The position numbers were made by a program, and so were the translations under genes. A stretch of 64,000 nucleotides of DNA from an uncultured Acidobacteriota bacterium (GTDB taxonomy: Bacteria; Acidobacteriota; Vicinamibacteria; Vicinamibacterales; UBA2999): the NCBI GenBank assembly GCA_963709325.1, contig CAVPVV010000003.1, positions 1,391,110 to 1,455,109 on the forward strand, in the 5' to 3' direction. How positions within the stretch are numbered: position 1 is the stretch's first letter; each line of letters opens with the position of its first letter. Under the pieces are notes generated by a model. The model made no database searches, was not told the DNA's origin, and worked only from the letters and a program-made list of their open reading frames with translations. Below, one piece after another: positions 1-14,192 of the stretch.

Positions 1-244
1 TCTTGCCTCGAGCCGCGAAGCCCCTCAGCAGACGATTGAAGGGACCGTCCTTGCTCTTGACGGCAGGGCGTCCCTCACGGTCGTGAACGAGCAGACCGAT
101 CCCACCGGAATGGTCTTCATCCTGCGCGACACGCGCTACGAGCGGCTCGAAGCTCTCCGAGACGCCGTTCGCGTGAAGGTCTGGTGTCGCGCGATCGGCG
201 AGCGGCGGCCGGTCGCGTCGCGTGTTCACGTCCTCGCCGAGTGA
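1..244 (+). CDS. 3' part of a small hypothetical protein (5' end outside window)
   Basis: Open frame 2 from the window edge (LASSREAPQQTIEGTVLALDG...RPVASRVHVLAE) to TGA 242-244; translated by hand. Confidence 0.55.
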   Translation, partial: LASSREAPQQTIEGTVLALDGRASLTVVNEQTDPTGMVFILRDTRYERLEALRDAVRVKVWCRAIGERRPVASRVHVLAE

Positions 245-278
245 TCAGGCACCGATAGATCGAAGCGCCGACCGCCCC

Positions 279-320
279 AAAGAGAAAGGCCGCCTGGGAT
301 CTTTCCCAAGCGGCCTCTGC
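279..320 (-). terminator. Intrinsic terminator of the tonB-exbBD operon
   Basis: Minus strand AGGCCGCTTGGGA-AAGA-TCCCAGGCGGCCT followed by TTCTCTTT, 40 nt after the exbD stop. Confidence 0.7.
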
Positions 321-359
321 GTGTCTGGCCTGAAGCCTAGAGCCTGGCAGCGTCAGCAC

Positions 360-830
360 CTAGTCGCTGCCGCTCGCGCCGGCGGCCTTGCGCATGGCCT
401 CGGTGACGATGCCGACCTTCTCAACCCCGGCGCCCTTGGCGGCGTCGATGACTTCGACGATGTCGCCGTAGCGGAGCGCGCCCGCGCCGGCGATGAACAT
501 CGTCTTGTCCTTGCGGGTCTCGAAGATCGTCCGGAGCCTGCTCTCGAGCTCCTGGACGGTGACGTCCTGCTTGTTCACCGAAATGCGGCGGTCAGCCGTG
601 TACTCGAGCACGATCTGCGAGATGTCCACCTGCTGCTGCTGCGCCTGCTGGGTCTCGGCTGGGAGGTTGATGTCCAACCCCTTCTGCGAGAGCGGCAGGG
701 CGGCCATGAAGATGACCAGGAGCACGAGGAGCACGTCGATCATGGGGGTAATGTTCATGTCGCCCGATGGCTCGAGCTTCTTCCCCATGAACACTCGTTC
801 GGCGCCGAAATGCTGATGTGCGTGAGCCAT
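360..830 (-). CDS. exbD: Biopolymer transporter ExbD/TolR
   Basis: MNITPMIDVLLVLLVIFM transmembrane motif with the conserved Asp; last gene of the tonB operon. Confidence 0.92.
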   Translation of the reverse strand: MAHAHQHFGAERVFMGKKLEPSGDMNITPMIDVLLVLLVIFMAALPLSQKGLDINLPAETQQAQQQQVDISQIVLEYTADRRISVNKQDVTVQELESRLRTIFETRKDKTMFIAGAGALRYGDIVEVIDAAKGAGVEKVGIVTEAMRKAAGASGSD

Positions 831-831
831 T

Positions 832-1263
832 TCAGTTCCCCCCGCCCGGACGCTGCTTCGGGTCGGTGATGAGGCCCATGTCCTCGATTCCGGCCGCGCG
901 GAGCTGGTCCATGGCCGCCATGACCGCGCTGTACTGCGCGTCCTCGTCGGCCTTGATCAGGACGATGCGCTCGGACTTGCCTTCGAGGATGTCGTCGACG
1001 CGCTGCCGGAGATCCTCTTCGCGGACCAGCACGCTGTTGACGAAGAAGCGGCCCTGCGAGTCGACCGCGACGACCGTCTGATCCTGCGTCTCAGGCTTGT
1101 CGGCGCTGTAGGCTGCGAGGGGCAGCTTGACGTCCGCGCCCTTCTGCAGGAGCGGTGCGACGATCATCATGATGATCAGCAGCACCAGCATCACGTCCAC
1201 GAGCGGGGTGACATTGATGTCGGATTTGACTCCGCCTTTTGCCCCCCCCATGTCCATTGCCAT
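832..1263 (-). CDS. exbD: Biopolymer transporter ExbD/TolR (second paralogue)
   Basis: INVTPLVDVMLVLLIIMMI and IKADEDAQY motifs; start MAMDMGG at 1263 after SD AAGGAG. Confidence 0.92.
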   Translation of the reverse strand: MAMDMGGAKGGVKSDINVTPLVDVMLVLLIIMMIVAPLLQKGADVKLPLAAYSADKPETQDQTVVAVDSQGRFFVNSVLVREEDLRQRVDDILEGKSERIVLIKADEDAQYSAVMAAMDQLRAAGIEDMGLITDPKQRPGGGN

Positions 1264-1336
1264 GTCGGTTCTCCTTGAGTTGCCTGTGCACGAGTGAGGC
1301 GCCGGCAGACGCCCGGCGCCTCGTTCGTGACGCGAA

Positions 1337-2107
1337 CTAGGCGGTCTTCTTGATGAAGTAGTCGACCATCTCCGACGAGGAGTTGTCCATCTCCACGTTG
1401 AAGTACTCGAGGCGGCCCGACAGGTAGTTGTAGAACCACACCGCCGGGATGGCGACGAACAGGCCGAGCGCGGTTTCGACCAGCGCTTCCGCGATACCGG
1501 CCGAGACCGCGCCGATGCCACCCGAGCCCGTCGACGCGATGCCGACGAACGCGTTGATGACGCCGACCACGGTGCCGAGCAGACCCACGAACGGCGCGGT
1601 CGCGCCGATGGTGGCCAGGCCCGAAACGCCCTTCTTCAGGTCGTTCGAGGTGAGTGCGGTGGCGCGCTGAATCGAGCGGCGGACGGTGTCGAGCACGTCC
1701 TCACGCGACAGGCCCGAGTTGCTCTCCTGCTGGAACTGGTATTCCTGCAGGCCGGCGAGCACCACCTTGGCGAGGTGGCTGTAGCGGTACTCCTTGGCGG
1801 AGGACAGCGCGATGGCTTCCTTGAGGCGGCCTTCCTTGAGGTGCTTGGCCACCTGCGGCGCGTAGAGCTTCGACTGCTTCTTCGCCTGGCTGAAGGTGTA
1901 GATGCGCTCGATCGCGACACCCACCGACCAGAACGACATGATGAAGAGCACGACGGCGATGGCGATGGCCACGGGGCCCATCGATTCGAACATCTCGACC
2001 AGGTCGAGACCACCACCACCCTGCGCGAACGCCGGCGAGCTGACCAGCGCCATGGCACCCGCGGCATATGCGATCCGCCCGATCTGACCCATCTTCCGAC
2101 CTTCCAT
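1337..2107 (-). CDS. exbB: MotA/TolQ/ExbB proton channel protein
   Basis: LATIGATAPFVGLLGTVVG and GIAEALVETALGLFVAIPA motifs; SD GGGAGG before ATG 2107. Confidence 0.92.
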   Translation of the reverse strand: MEGRKMGQIGRIAYAAGAMALVSSPAFAQGGGGLDLVEMFESMGPVAIAIAVVLFIMSFWSVGVAIERIYTFSQAKKQSKLYAPQVAKHLKEGRLKEAIALSSAKEYRYSHLAKVVLAGLQEYQFQQESNSGLSREDVLDTVRRSIQRATALTSNDLKKGVSGLATIGATAPFVGLLGTVVGVINAFVGIASTGSGGIGAVSAGIAEALVETALGLFVAIPAVWFYNYLSGRLEYFNVEMDNSSSEMVDYFIKKTA

Positions 2108-2161
2108 CGCGTTCCTCCCGAAGTAGTCCGTGTTACCAGTTGAAAGCATTGTCGCGGCTCC

Positions 2162-2884
2162 TTATTGCAGCGTGAACTGCACCGTAACCGTCATGATGAC
2201 CGGGACCGGCACGCCGTTAAGGAGCGTCGGCGTGAACTGCCACTGACGAACGGCGTCGAGCGCCGCCTGATCCAGCAGGGGAATCGAGCGCAGCACCTTG
2301 GCGTCCTTGACCGCCCCATCGGGGCCGATGGTGGCCTCGATGATCACGACACCCTGGACGCGAGCCGACTGTGCGATCGGCGGGTAGATCGGGTTGACGT
2401 GCTTGACCTTCTGCGGGGCCTTGATGTTCCCGCCGACCCGGACTGGCGCGGCCGGAGGCGGCGGTGGAGGCGGCGGCGGCTCGGGAATGCCGCCGGTGAT
2501 GCCACCAGCGACACCGCCGACGATTCCGCCCTCGATACCGGCGCTACGCTCGAAGCCGGCCTCCAGACCTGTCTCGGGTTTGATTTCCTTGGGCGCCTCG
2601 ACCGGCGCGGCGTTGGGGTTGACGTCCACCGGCGGCGGTGGCGGCTTGTCCGCGGCCGGCGGCGGCGGCGGCGGGGGCGGCGGTGGGGGCGGCGGCGGCG
2701 CCGCCACGAACGCCATCATCGAAGGCGTGGTCGGCAGGGCGCCCACGGCCATCAAGGGGACGATGACGATGGCCGCCACGACCGTGGCCTGCATCAACAT
2801 CGTCAGTGGCACCGTGTACCACATCTTGTTGCCCATCTTGATGGACGGGTCGACGATGTCGCCGAACATGTCCTGGTGTGGCAC
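2162..2884 (-). CDS. tonB: Energy transducer TonB
   Basis: N-terminal TM helix, poly-Pro spacer, C-terminal PIYP...ARVQGVVIIEATIGPDG...AVRQWQFTP domain; SD AGGAGG. Confidence 0.92.
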   Translation of the reverse strand: MPHQDMFGDIVDPSIKMGNKMWYTVPLTMLMQATVVAAIVIVPLMAVGALPTTPSMMAFVAAPPPPPPPPPPPPPPAADKPPPPPVDVNPNAAPVEAPKEIKPETGLEAGFERSAGIEGGIVGGVAGGITGGIPEPPPPPPPPPAAPVRVGGNIKAPQKVKHVNPIYPPIAQSARVQGVVIIEATIGPDGAVKDAKVLRSIPLLDQAALDAVRQWQFTPTLLNGVPVPVIMTVTVQFTLQ

Positions 2885-3106
2885 GTATCCTCCTAGAGTC
2901 CCTCGGCAGCCGCTGAAGAGCTGCCGATGCTAGCCCAAACCCAAATAAGGTCAAATGACACAAGAACAAGGCGGACAGGTTTTTTTCGCCCAGTTACCGG
3001 GTTAGACACCGGTTTCGGAAAAGTGCTCCCGCGAGAGCGACGACTTTTCCAAGGTTCCGGCCCCGGCAGAATCTCCCTGGGCCCCCGTCCGTCAAAACGC
3101 CCGCCG

Positions 3107-3136
3107 ATTCTAGGCGACGGGCCGAAGCCGCGTCAA
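3107..3136 (-). promoter_or_regulatory. Putative sigma70 promoter of the tonB operon
   Basis: TTGACG-N18-TAGAAT on the minus strand. Confidence 0.5.
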
Positions 3137-3270
3137 CGGTCACCGAATCGCGAAACCGCTTCTGCACCCACAAATGTTACAAACTATGACAGCGCATCCG
3201 ATTCCACGGATGTGAATACGCGGATGCGGCGATCCGAACAGCGTACGGATCCCCGCCGCACGACTTACGC

Positions 3271-5715
<2,445 letters not shown>

Positions 5716-5732
<17 letters not shown>

Positions 5733-6333
5733 GTTCTCCTGTCCTCGTCAACGCCTGCATCCTGTCGGGCAGCGCCATCCCACCCGTCAGGAAGATACGG
5801 ATCCCTTCTTCCACCGTCACGTCCGGAAAGATCGCCTTCGCCCTGGGCACCACCACCACGTCGCCCAGATACAGGTGATTGGTCGGCACGAACACCGCAA
5901 CCATCTGCTCCGGCCCCTCGCCGCGATCGAGCGTGAACTCCCGCGTCAGGAACCCCATCACCAGGGCCCGCCGCGCGTCCTCCACCAGCACCACGCGCTT
6001 GAAACCGGCCTCGTTCCCCGGCGAGAACGCCGCCACCAGCTGCTTCACCGGCGCGTAGATTGTCTTGAAGACCGGGACGAGGAGCAACCAGCTTTCCGCG
6101 GTTGCGAGCACCCGCCGTCCAATCACGTTGGTCGCGACCACGCCCACCGCGAGCACGAACCCCGCCGTGATCAGCACTCCCAGTCCCGGTACCGCCTGCC
6201 CCAGCACGCGCGTCGACACCGGGGTCGCGATTGCGTCCACGAACTGGAAGATCCAGACCAGGGTGACCAGCGTCACGATGAGCGGCACCGTGACAATGAT
6301 CCCGGTCAGGAACGTCCGCCGCAGCCAGCTCAT
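5716..6333 (-). CDS. DUF502 family membrane protein
   Basis: LRRTFLTGIIVTVPL, VPVFKTIYAPVKQL and VFVPTNHLYLG motifs. Confidence 0.82.
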
Positions 6334-6343
6334 CTCGCGAGCC

Positions 6344-7159
6344 TCAGCCCTGGCGGGCGATCAGCCAGGCCACCGTCACCGCCGCAAGCACCAGCCGGTA
6401 CATCGCAAAAACGTGGAGCGTGTGTCCGGCGAGATAGCGGATGAAGTACTTCACCGTCAGGTACCCCACCACCGCGGACACCGCCATGCCGACCAGGAAC
6501 AGCGTGATCGGCAGCCCCTCGAGCCCGACTTTCGCGACTTCCATCCCCTCCTTCAGCGCCGCCGCCAGCACGGCCGGCAGGCTCAGGAGGAACACGAACC
6601 GCGCCGCCGCGTCCCGGCGCAAACCGAGTAGCATCGCCACCGTGAGCGTCGCTCCCGATCGCGACACACCCGGAACCAGCGCCGACGCCTGCGCGACTCC
6701 GATCGCCAGCGCTTCGCCGTAACCAATAGTCTCTTCGCCGCGCCGCCTGCTGCCGACCCATTCCGCGACCAGCAGGCCGATCGCCCCGACAACGAGCGTC
6801 GCCGCCACAATCGCCGGCGATCGCAGCGAGTTCTCAATCGCGTCGGCGAACAGCACTCCGACGACAACCACCGGCAGCGTCCCGACGACGATCAGCCGCC
6901 CGAGCCGCTCCCATTCCCCGTCCCGTCCACTCAGCGCCGCCGGGGCGGTCACCGCCAGGCGGATGACGTCGGCGCGAAAGTAGGCGACGACCGCCAGCAG
7001 CGTCCCGACGTGGCAGGCCACGTCGAACGCGAGGCCGAAGCGTCCCGGGTCCCACCCGAAGAACGCCCGCGCCAGAATCAGGTGCCCGGAACTCGACACC
7101 GGCAGGAACTCGGTGAGCCCCTGGACCACACCGAGCAGGGCCGCCGCGAGCAGGTCCAC
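6344..7159 (-). CDS. uppP: Undecaprenyl-diphosphate phosphatase
   Basis: GVVQGLTEFLPVSSSGH and PGVSRSGAT signatures. Confidence 0.95.
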   Translation of the reverse strand: MDLLAAALLGVVQGLTEFLPVSSSGHLILARAFFGWDPGRFGLAFDVACHVGTLLAVVAYFRADVIRLAVTAPAALSGRDGEWERLGRLIVVGTLPVVVVGVLFADAIENSLRSPAIVAATLVVGAIGLLVAEWVGSRRRGEETIGYGEALAIGVAQASALVPGVSRSGATLTVAMLLGLRRDAAARFVFLLSLPAVLAAALKEGMEVAKVGLEGLPITLFLVGMAVSAVVGYLTVKYFIRYLAGHTLHVFAMYRLVLAAVTVAWLIARQG

Positions 7160-7165
7160 GGCGAG

Positions 7166-8109
7166 TTACGACGCCTTGCGGGCTACCGGCTGCGGGCGTC
7201 CCTTCGCCTGCGCTCCGCCCAGGATGATGGCGATCGACGCCGCGATGTACATCGACGAGTAGGTGCCGGTGATGATCCCGATGATCATCGTGAACGCAAA
7301 CCCGCGCAGGACCTCGCCGCCGAAGAAATAGAGCGACAGGACGGTCAAGCAGGGTCGTCCCGGCGGTGATGATGGTTCGCGACAGCGTCTGGTTGATGCT
7401 GTCGTTGACCACCTTCTCCAGCGACTCGCGGCGCTTCGAGCGCGAGTTCTCGCGGATGCGGTCGAAGATGACGATGGTGTCGTTCACCGAGTAGCCGGTG
7501 ATGGTGAGAATCGCCGCGATCACATTCAGCGACAGGTCGTAGTTGAAGAACACCAGGAACGCCATCGTGACGATGATGTCGTGGAAGGTGGCGACGATCG
7601 CGCCGAGCGCCGAAGTTGAACTGGAACCGCAGCCCGATGTAGATGAGGATGCCGGCCAGCGACGCCAGCGTCGCATAGATCCCCTTCAGCTGCAGGTCCT
7701 TGCCGACCACCGGGCCGACGATCTCGGTGTTGATGACCTCGAACTTGCCGACGTTGGCCTTGGTCAGCGCATCGACGGTCGCCCTGGCGTTCTGATCGAG
7801 CCCGTTGCCCTCCTGCTGGGCCGCCAGCGGCATCCGGATCAGCAGCTCGTGCAGGGCCGGATCGCCGTACTGCTGCACGACCTTGTCGGTGGTCACCGGG
7901 TCCAGCGCGCGCCGCACGACGTCCTCGGCCACCGGCTGCTCGAACTTCACGATGACGACGGTGCCGCCGGTGAAGTCGATGCCGAGCGGGACGCCGCCGC
8001 GGGCGACCGCCACGGCGACGCCGGCCAGCACAACTAGCCACGACAGCGCGATGGCGTGCCACCGCCACCGGACGAAGTTGTAGTTCGCGTTCTCGAAGAT
8101 GTGCTGCAT
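7166..8109 (-). CDS. secF: Protein translocase subunit SecF (frameshifts near 7610 and 7350)
   Basis: LGIDFTGG, VGPVVGKDL, FHDIIV, GYSVNDTIVIFDRIRE and GTYSSMYIA across three frames; follows secD. Confidence 0.93.
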
Positions 8110-8113
8110 TGCC

Positions 8114-9682
8114 CTAGATGCTCAGGGTAGTGGGGTTCTGCCGCCGCGACAGCGCCAGCTCGAAGGCGGTGCGCGAGACGAACACCGCCGTGAAGATGTT
8201 CGACAACAGGCCGATGGTCAGCGTGGTCGCGAACCCGCGAATCGGCCCGGTGCCGAACTGGAACAGGAACGCCGCCGAAATCAGCGACGCCACGTGGGTG
8301 TCGAGAATCGTCAGGAACACGCGATCGAAACCGGCCGCGACCGCCTGCCTGACCGGACGCGCGTGACGGAGCTCTTCGCGGATGCGCTCGAAGATCAGGA
8401 CGTTCGAGTCCACGCCCATGCCGATGGTCAGGATGAAGCCGGCGATGCCGGGCAGCGTCATCGTCGCGCCGAGATACGCCATCATCCCGAGCACGATGCA
8501 GAGGTTCACGACGATCGAGGCCAGCGCATTGAAGCCGGACAGCTGGTAGTAAACCAGCATGAAGATGAGCACCGCGATGAGGCCCCCCACCGAGGCGATC
8601 ACGCCGGCGCGAATCGAGTCGGCGCCGAGCGACGGCCCGACGGTGCGCTCTTCCAGGTAGGTGAGCGACGCCGGCAGCGCGCCGGAGCGGAGGGTCAGCG
8701 CCAGGTCCGCGGCCTCCTGGGAGGTGAACGTTCCGGTGATCTGCCCTTCGTAGTCGATGCGGCTCTGAATCGTCGGCGCCGTCTGCACTCGCCCGTCGAG
8801 CACGACCGCGAGCTGACGACCGATGTTCGCCGACGTGAAAGCGCCGAACTTCTGGGCACCGGTGTTGTTGAAGCTGAAGCCGACCGACGGACGGTTGTAT
8901 TCGTCGATCTGCTGCTTGGCGGCGCGCAGGTCGCGCCCGGTCACGGCGGGCACGCGCCGCACCGCGTAGTAGACCGCCGACGACGCAGGCTGGCCGGCTC
9001 GCGAGACCTCGGTCCGTCCCGGCATAACCCGGACGTCGGGCGGGACGTTGCCGCCATACGCCTGCCGCGCCGTCGCCTCGTCGGGGAAAGGCCCCTGTTC
9101 GACCAAGGTCAGCTCGAGCAAGGCCGTCGAGCGGATGATCTCCTTGGCGCGGTTGACGTCGGAGACGCCGGGGAGCTGGACCAGGATCTGGTCGGCGGCG
9201 CTGTGGCGGGCGACGATCGGCTCGGCGACGCCGAGCTCGTTGACGCGGCGCTCGATGGTCTGCAGAGCCTGGTTCACCGTGCTCTCGCGGTTGTCGGCGG
9301 CGATGTTCGGCTTCATCGTGAAGCTATAGCTGCCCGGCCCCGTCGAGGCGCGATCGTAGGAGGTTTCGATCGTCGTCAGCGAGCTGCGGAAGACGGCGTC
9401 CTGTTCCGGCGGTACGCCGGTGACTGTAAAGCTGGTCGCCCCCGTCGCTGCGACGGTCGCTCCGGTCAGGCCCGCGGTCTTGAGCGACTCGCGCAGCTGG
9501 TCCGCGGTGCTCTCGGTCAGCAGCCGCAGCGCGTCGTCGGTCTGGACGCGCAGCACGAGGTGCACGCCGCCCTTCAGATCGAGCCCGAGCCGCACCTTCT
9601 GGTTCGGCGGGTAGAAGGCGAACACCGAGACCGCGATCACACCCAGGATGACAAATACTTTCCAACGCAGGTTCTTGGCCAT
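8114..9682 (-). CDS. secD: Protein translocase subunit SecD
   Basis: LGLDLKGG, IERRVNELGVAEP, LRSGALPA and GMGVDSNVLIFERIREE motifs. Confidence 0.96.
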   Translation of the reverse strand: MAKNLRWKVFVILGVIAVSVFAFYPPNQKVRLGLDLKGGVHLVLRVQTDDALRLLTESTADQLRESLKTAGLTGATVAATGATSFTVTGVPPEQDAVFRSSLTTIETSYDRASTGPGSYSFTMKPNIAADNRESTVNQALQTIERRVNELGVAEPIVARHSAADQILVQLPGVSDVNRAKEIIRSTALLELTLVEQGPFPDEATARQAYGGNVPPDVRVMPGRTEVSRAGQPASSAVYYAVRRVPAVTGRDLRAAKQQIDEYNRPSVGFSFNNTGAQKFGAFTSANIGRQLAVVLDGRVQTAPTIQSRIDYEGQITGTFTSQEAADLALTLRSGALPASLTYLEERTVGPSLGADSIRAGVIASVGGLIAVLIFMLVYYQLSGFNALASIVVNLCIVLGMMAYLGATMTLPGIAGFILTIGMGVDSNVLIFERIREELRHARPVRQAVAAGFDRVFLTILDTHVASLISAAFLFQFGTGPIRGFATTLTIGLLSNIFTAVFVSRTAFELALSRRQNPTTLSI

Positions 9683-9684
9683 GG

Positions 9685-12376
<2,692 letters not shown>

Positions 12377-12397
12377 AGGGGGGCGGCCGACGCGGTC

Positions 12398-12446
12398 AAG
12401 GCAGAAGGCACAAGGCAAAAGGCACAAGGCAGAAGGCACAAGGCAG
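12398..12446 (+). repeat. Heptamer tandem array (AAGGCAV)x7
   Basis: aaggcag aaggcac aaggcaa aaggcac aaggcag aaggcac aaggcag. Confidence 0.95.
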
Positions 12447-12483
12447 AACAAGACCCGGGGCTAACCGCGTGGAAGGAACAGCC

Positions 12484-13680
12484 GTGACCGGCGGCGGCGA
12501 ACTGCGTCGAAGACTGCGGATCCTGTTGGTGACGATTGGAGGCTCTGCCTTTCGTTTTTCGCCTTTTGCCTTCTGCCTTCTGCCTTTTGCCTTCTGCCTT
12601 CTGCCTTTTGCCTTCTCGCCCGCCGCGGCCGAGGCGCCCCGGCGCGGCCTCACCGCGGGCGAGTTGGTGGCCTCCGCGTATGACGTCGCGCTCGACGCCG
12701 ACTTCGATCGGATGCCGGAAGTCCTGGCGACGACCTGCGGCCCGGCACCACGGGTTGCCTGCCTCGGATTACAGGCGCTCTCGACCTGGTGGGAGATCCT
12801 GCTCGATCCGCAGAGCCGGTTTCTCGATTCGCGGTTCCTCCGCGAGACGGACGAAGCGATCGCCGAGGCGCAGGCATGGACGACGCGGGAACCCGAGCGT
12901 GCCGAGGCGTGGTTCTACCTGGGCGCGGCGCTCGGCGCGCGCGGCCAATGGCGCGTCCTGCGCGAGGAGCGGCTCGCCGCGGCGAGAGACGGCAAGCGGA
13001 TCAAGGCCGCGCTCGAGCATGCCCTCGCCCTGGATCCCGACATGGACGATGCGTCGTTCGGAATCGGCGCCTACCGCTACTACGCCGACATCGCGCCCGC
13101 CTACCTCCGCTGGTTACGCTGGCTGTTCCTGCTGCCGGGCGGCAATCGCGCCGCCGGCCTCGCGCAGATGGAGGAGGCGAGCCGCTCGGGCGTGCTCGTC
13201 CGTGCCGAAGCGCAGTATCAACTGCACATCGTCTACCTCTGGTACGAGCAGCGCTTCATGGACGCGCTCGCGATCGTGCGCGGGCTCCACGCGCGCTATC
13301 CCCACAACCCGCTGTTTCACCAGATCGAGGCCGAGATCCTCGACGTCTACGTGCACGACGCAGCGGCCAGCCTCGCCGCATCTGAGGCGCTCGTCGCCGA
13401 AGCGGAGCGCGGCGCGGTACACCGTCCCGAGCTGGCGCGAGTGCGCGCGACGCTCAACATCGCGGTGCAACTCGACCATCTCGGCCAGCGCGATCGCGCG
13501 CGGGCGATGCTCGACGCGTTGCTGGCGCGGACTCCGGCCGCGCCGATCGACGCGATCAACCGCGCCCGCCAACTTGCAGCGCGCGTGGTCGGTGCACTGA
13601 CGACTACAGATTTGCGCGGCTGCCGCCGACATTCTCGTTGTGGAGGGAAAAATCGGCCTAGCAAAAACGCGTTTCGTTGA
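12484..13680 (+). CDS. Exported TPR-like helical protein (C-terminal end uncertain, possibly 13600)
   Basis: GTG 12484 after GGAAGGAA; signal-peptide-like N-terminus; helical repeats AEAWFYLGAALG, ALALDPDMDDASFGIG, LHARYPHNP. Confidence 0.72.
   Translation: MTGGGELRRRLRILLVTIGGSAFRFSPFAFCLLPFAFCLLPFAFSPAAAEAPRRGLTAGELVASAYDVALDADFDRMPEVLATTCGPAPRVACLGLQALSTWWEILLDPQSRFLDSRFLRETDEAIAEAQAWTTREPERAEAWFYLGAALGARGQWRVLREERLAAARDGKRIKAALEHALALDPDMDDASFGIGAYRYYADIAPAYLRWLRWLFLLPGGNRAAGLAQMEEASRSGVLVRAEAQYQLHIVYLWYEQRFMDALAIVRGLHARYPHNPLFHQIEAEILDVYVHDAAASLAASEALVAEAERGAVHRPELARVRATLNIAVQLDHLGQRDRARAMLDALLARTPAAPIDAINRARQLAARVVGALTTTDLRGCRRHSRCGGKNRPSKNAFR
12545..12614 (-). repeat. Heptamer array of about 10 units, inverted relative to 12398-12446
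   Basis: Plus strand ctgcctt/ttgcctt units with two degenerate units; in frame within the TPR gene N-terminus. Confidence 0.95.
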
Positions 13681-13701
13681 CAACCACAAAACGCTTTCTG
13701 C

Positions 13702-13731
13702 TTGACAACGGAGATTTCTCATCCATAATCT
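13702..13731 (+). promoter_or_regulatory. Sigma70-type promoter of the micro-peptide unit
   Basis: TTGACA 13702-13707 with CATAAT (16-bp spacer) or TAATCT (18-bp spacer). Confidence 0.7.
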
Positions 13732-13821
13732 ACATCTGGTATGAGGGCGTAAGGCTCAGGCCACGGCTTGTGAGCAAGCCGGGGCTGCCATCAGGCAGAG
13801 CCCAGCCCTTCAGGAGGCCAA

Positions 13822-13878
13822 ATGGCGAAGAAGGCAAAGAAGGCGGCGAAGAAGGCGAAGAAGGCAAAGAAGAAGTAA
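13822..13878 (+). CDS. 18-aa Lys/Ala-rich basic peptide MAKKAKKAAKKAKKAKKK
   Basis: ATG...TAA; SD CAGGAGG just upstream; near-identical paralogue downstream. Confidence 0.82.
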   Translation: MAKKAKKAAKKAKKAKKK

Positions 13879-14067
13879 GCATCGCCGCTTACCAGGGGCG
13901 GTGATCCACACTGCCCCACCTTTCCGCAATCGCGCGCTCACAGACCGCGGCGCGCAGCAAGGCGCAGGGAGCCGGCACCCGCGAGCCGAGTGCCAGGCGG
14001 CAGAAGCTACCGCAGGTGGCGCGGCAACCTTGACGCATAACCCAACCTGAAGGGGGGGATACGACCG

Positions 14068-14124
14068 ATGGCGAAGAAGGCGAAGAAGGCGGCCAAGAAG
14101 GCCAAGAAGGCGAAGAAGCGCTAA
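14068..14124 (+). CDS. 18-aa Lys/Ala-rich basic peptide MAKKAKKAAKKAKKAKKR
   Basis: ATG...TAA; purine-rich SD AAGGGGGGGA; differs from copy 1 by 4 synonymous changes plus K18R. Confidence 0.82.
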   Translation: MAKKAKKAAKKAKKAKKR

Positions 14125-14141
14125 GCTTCCGCCAGCAGATC

Positions 14142-14175
14142 AAAAAAGGGGACGCCGTCTGCGTCCCCTTTTTTT
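14142..14175. terminator. Bidirectional intrinsic terminator
   Basis: AAAAAA-GGGGACGC-cgtct-GCGTCCCC-TTTTTTT between convergent genes. Confidence 0.92.
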
Positions 14176-14192
14176 GCCCGCGCGATCGCGCG

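Noticed and set aside
2440-2705. GGC/CCG triplet runs
   Set aside because: They encode the normal poly-proline spacer of TonB.
3001-3007. GTTAGAC as an attC or attI core
   Set aside because: An isolated 7-mer with no matching inverse core or L boxes.
13677-13904. 75-aa ORF MTTTKRF...GEEGKEGGEE
   Set aside because: An alternative frame over the promoter and the first Lys/Ala peptide; the peptide frame has the SD and the synonymous conservation.
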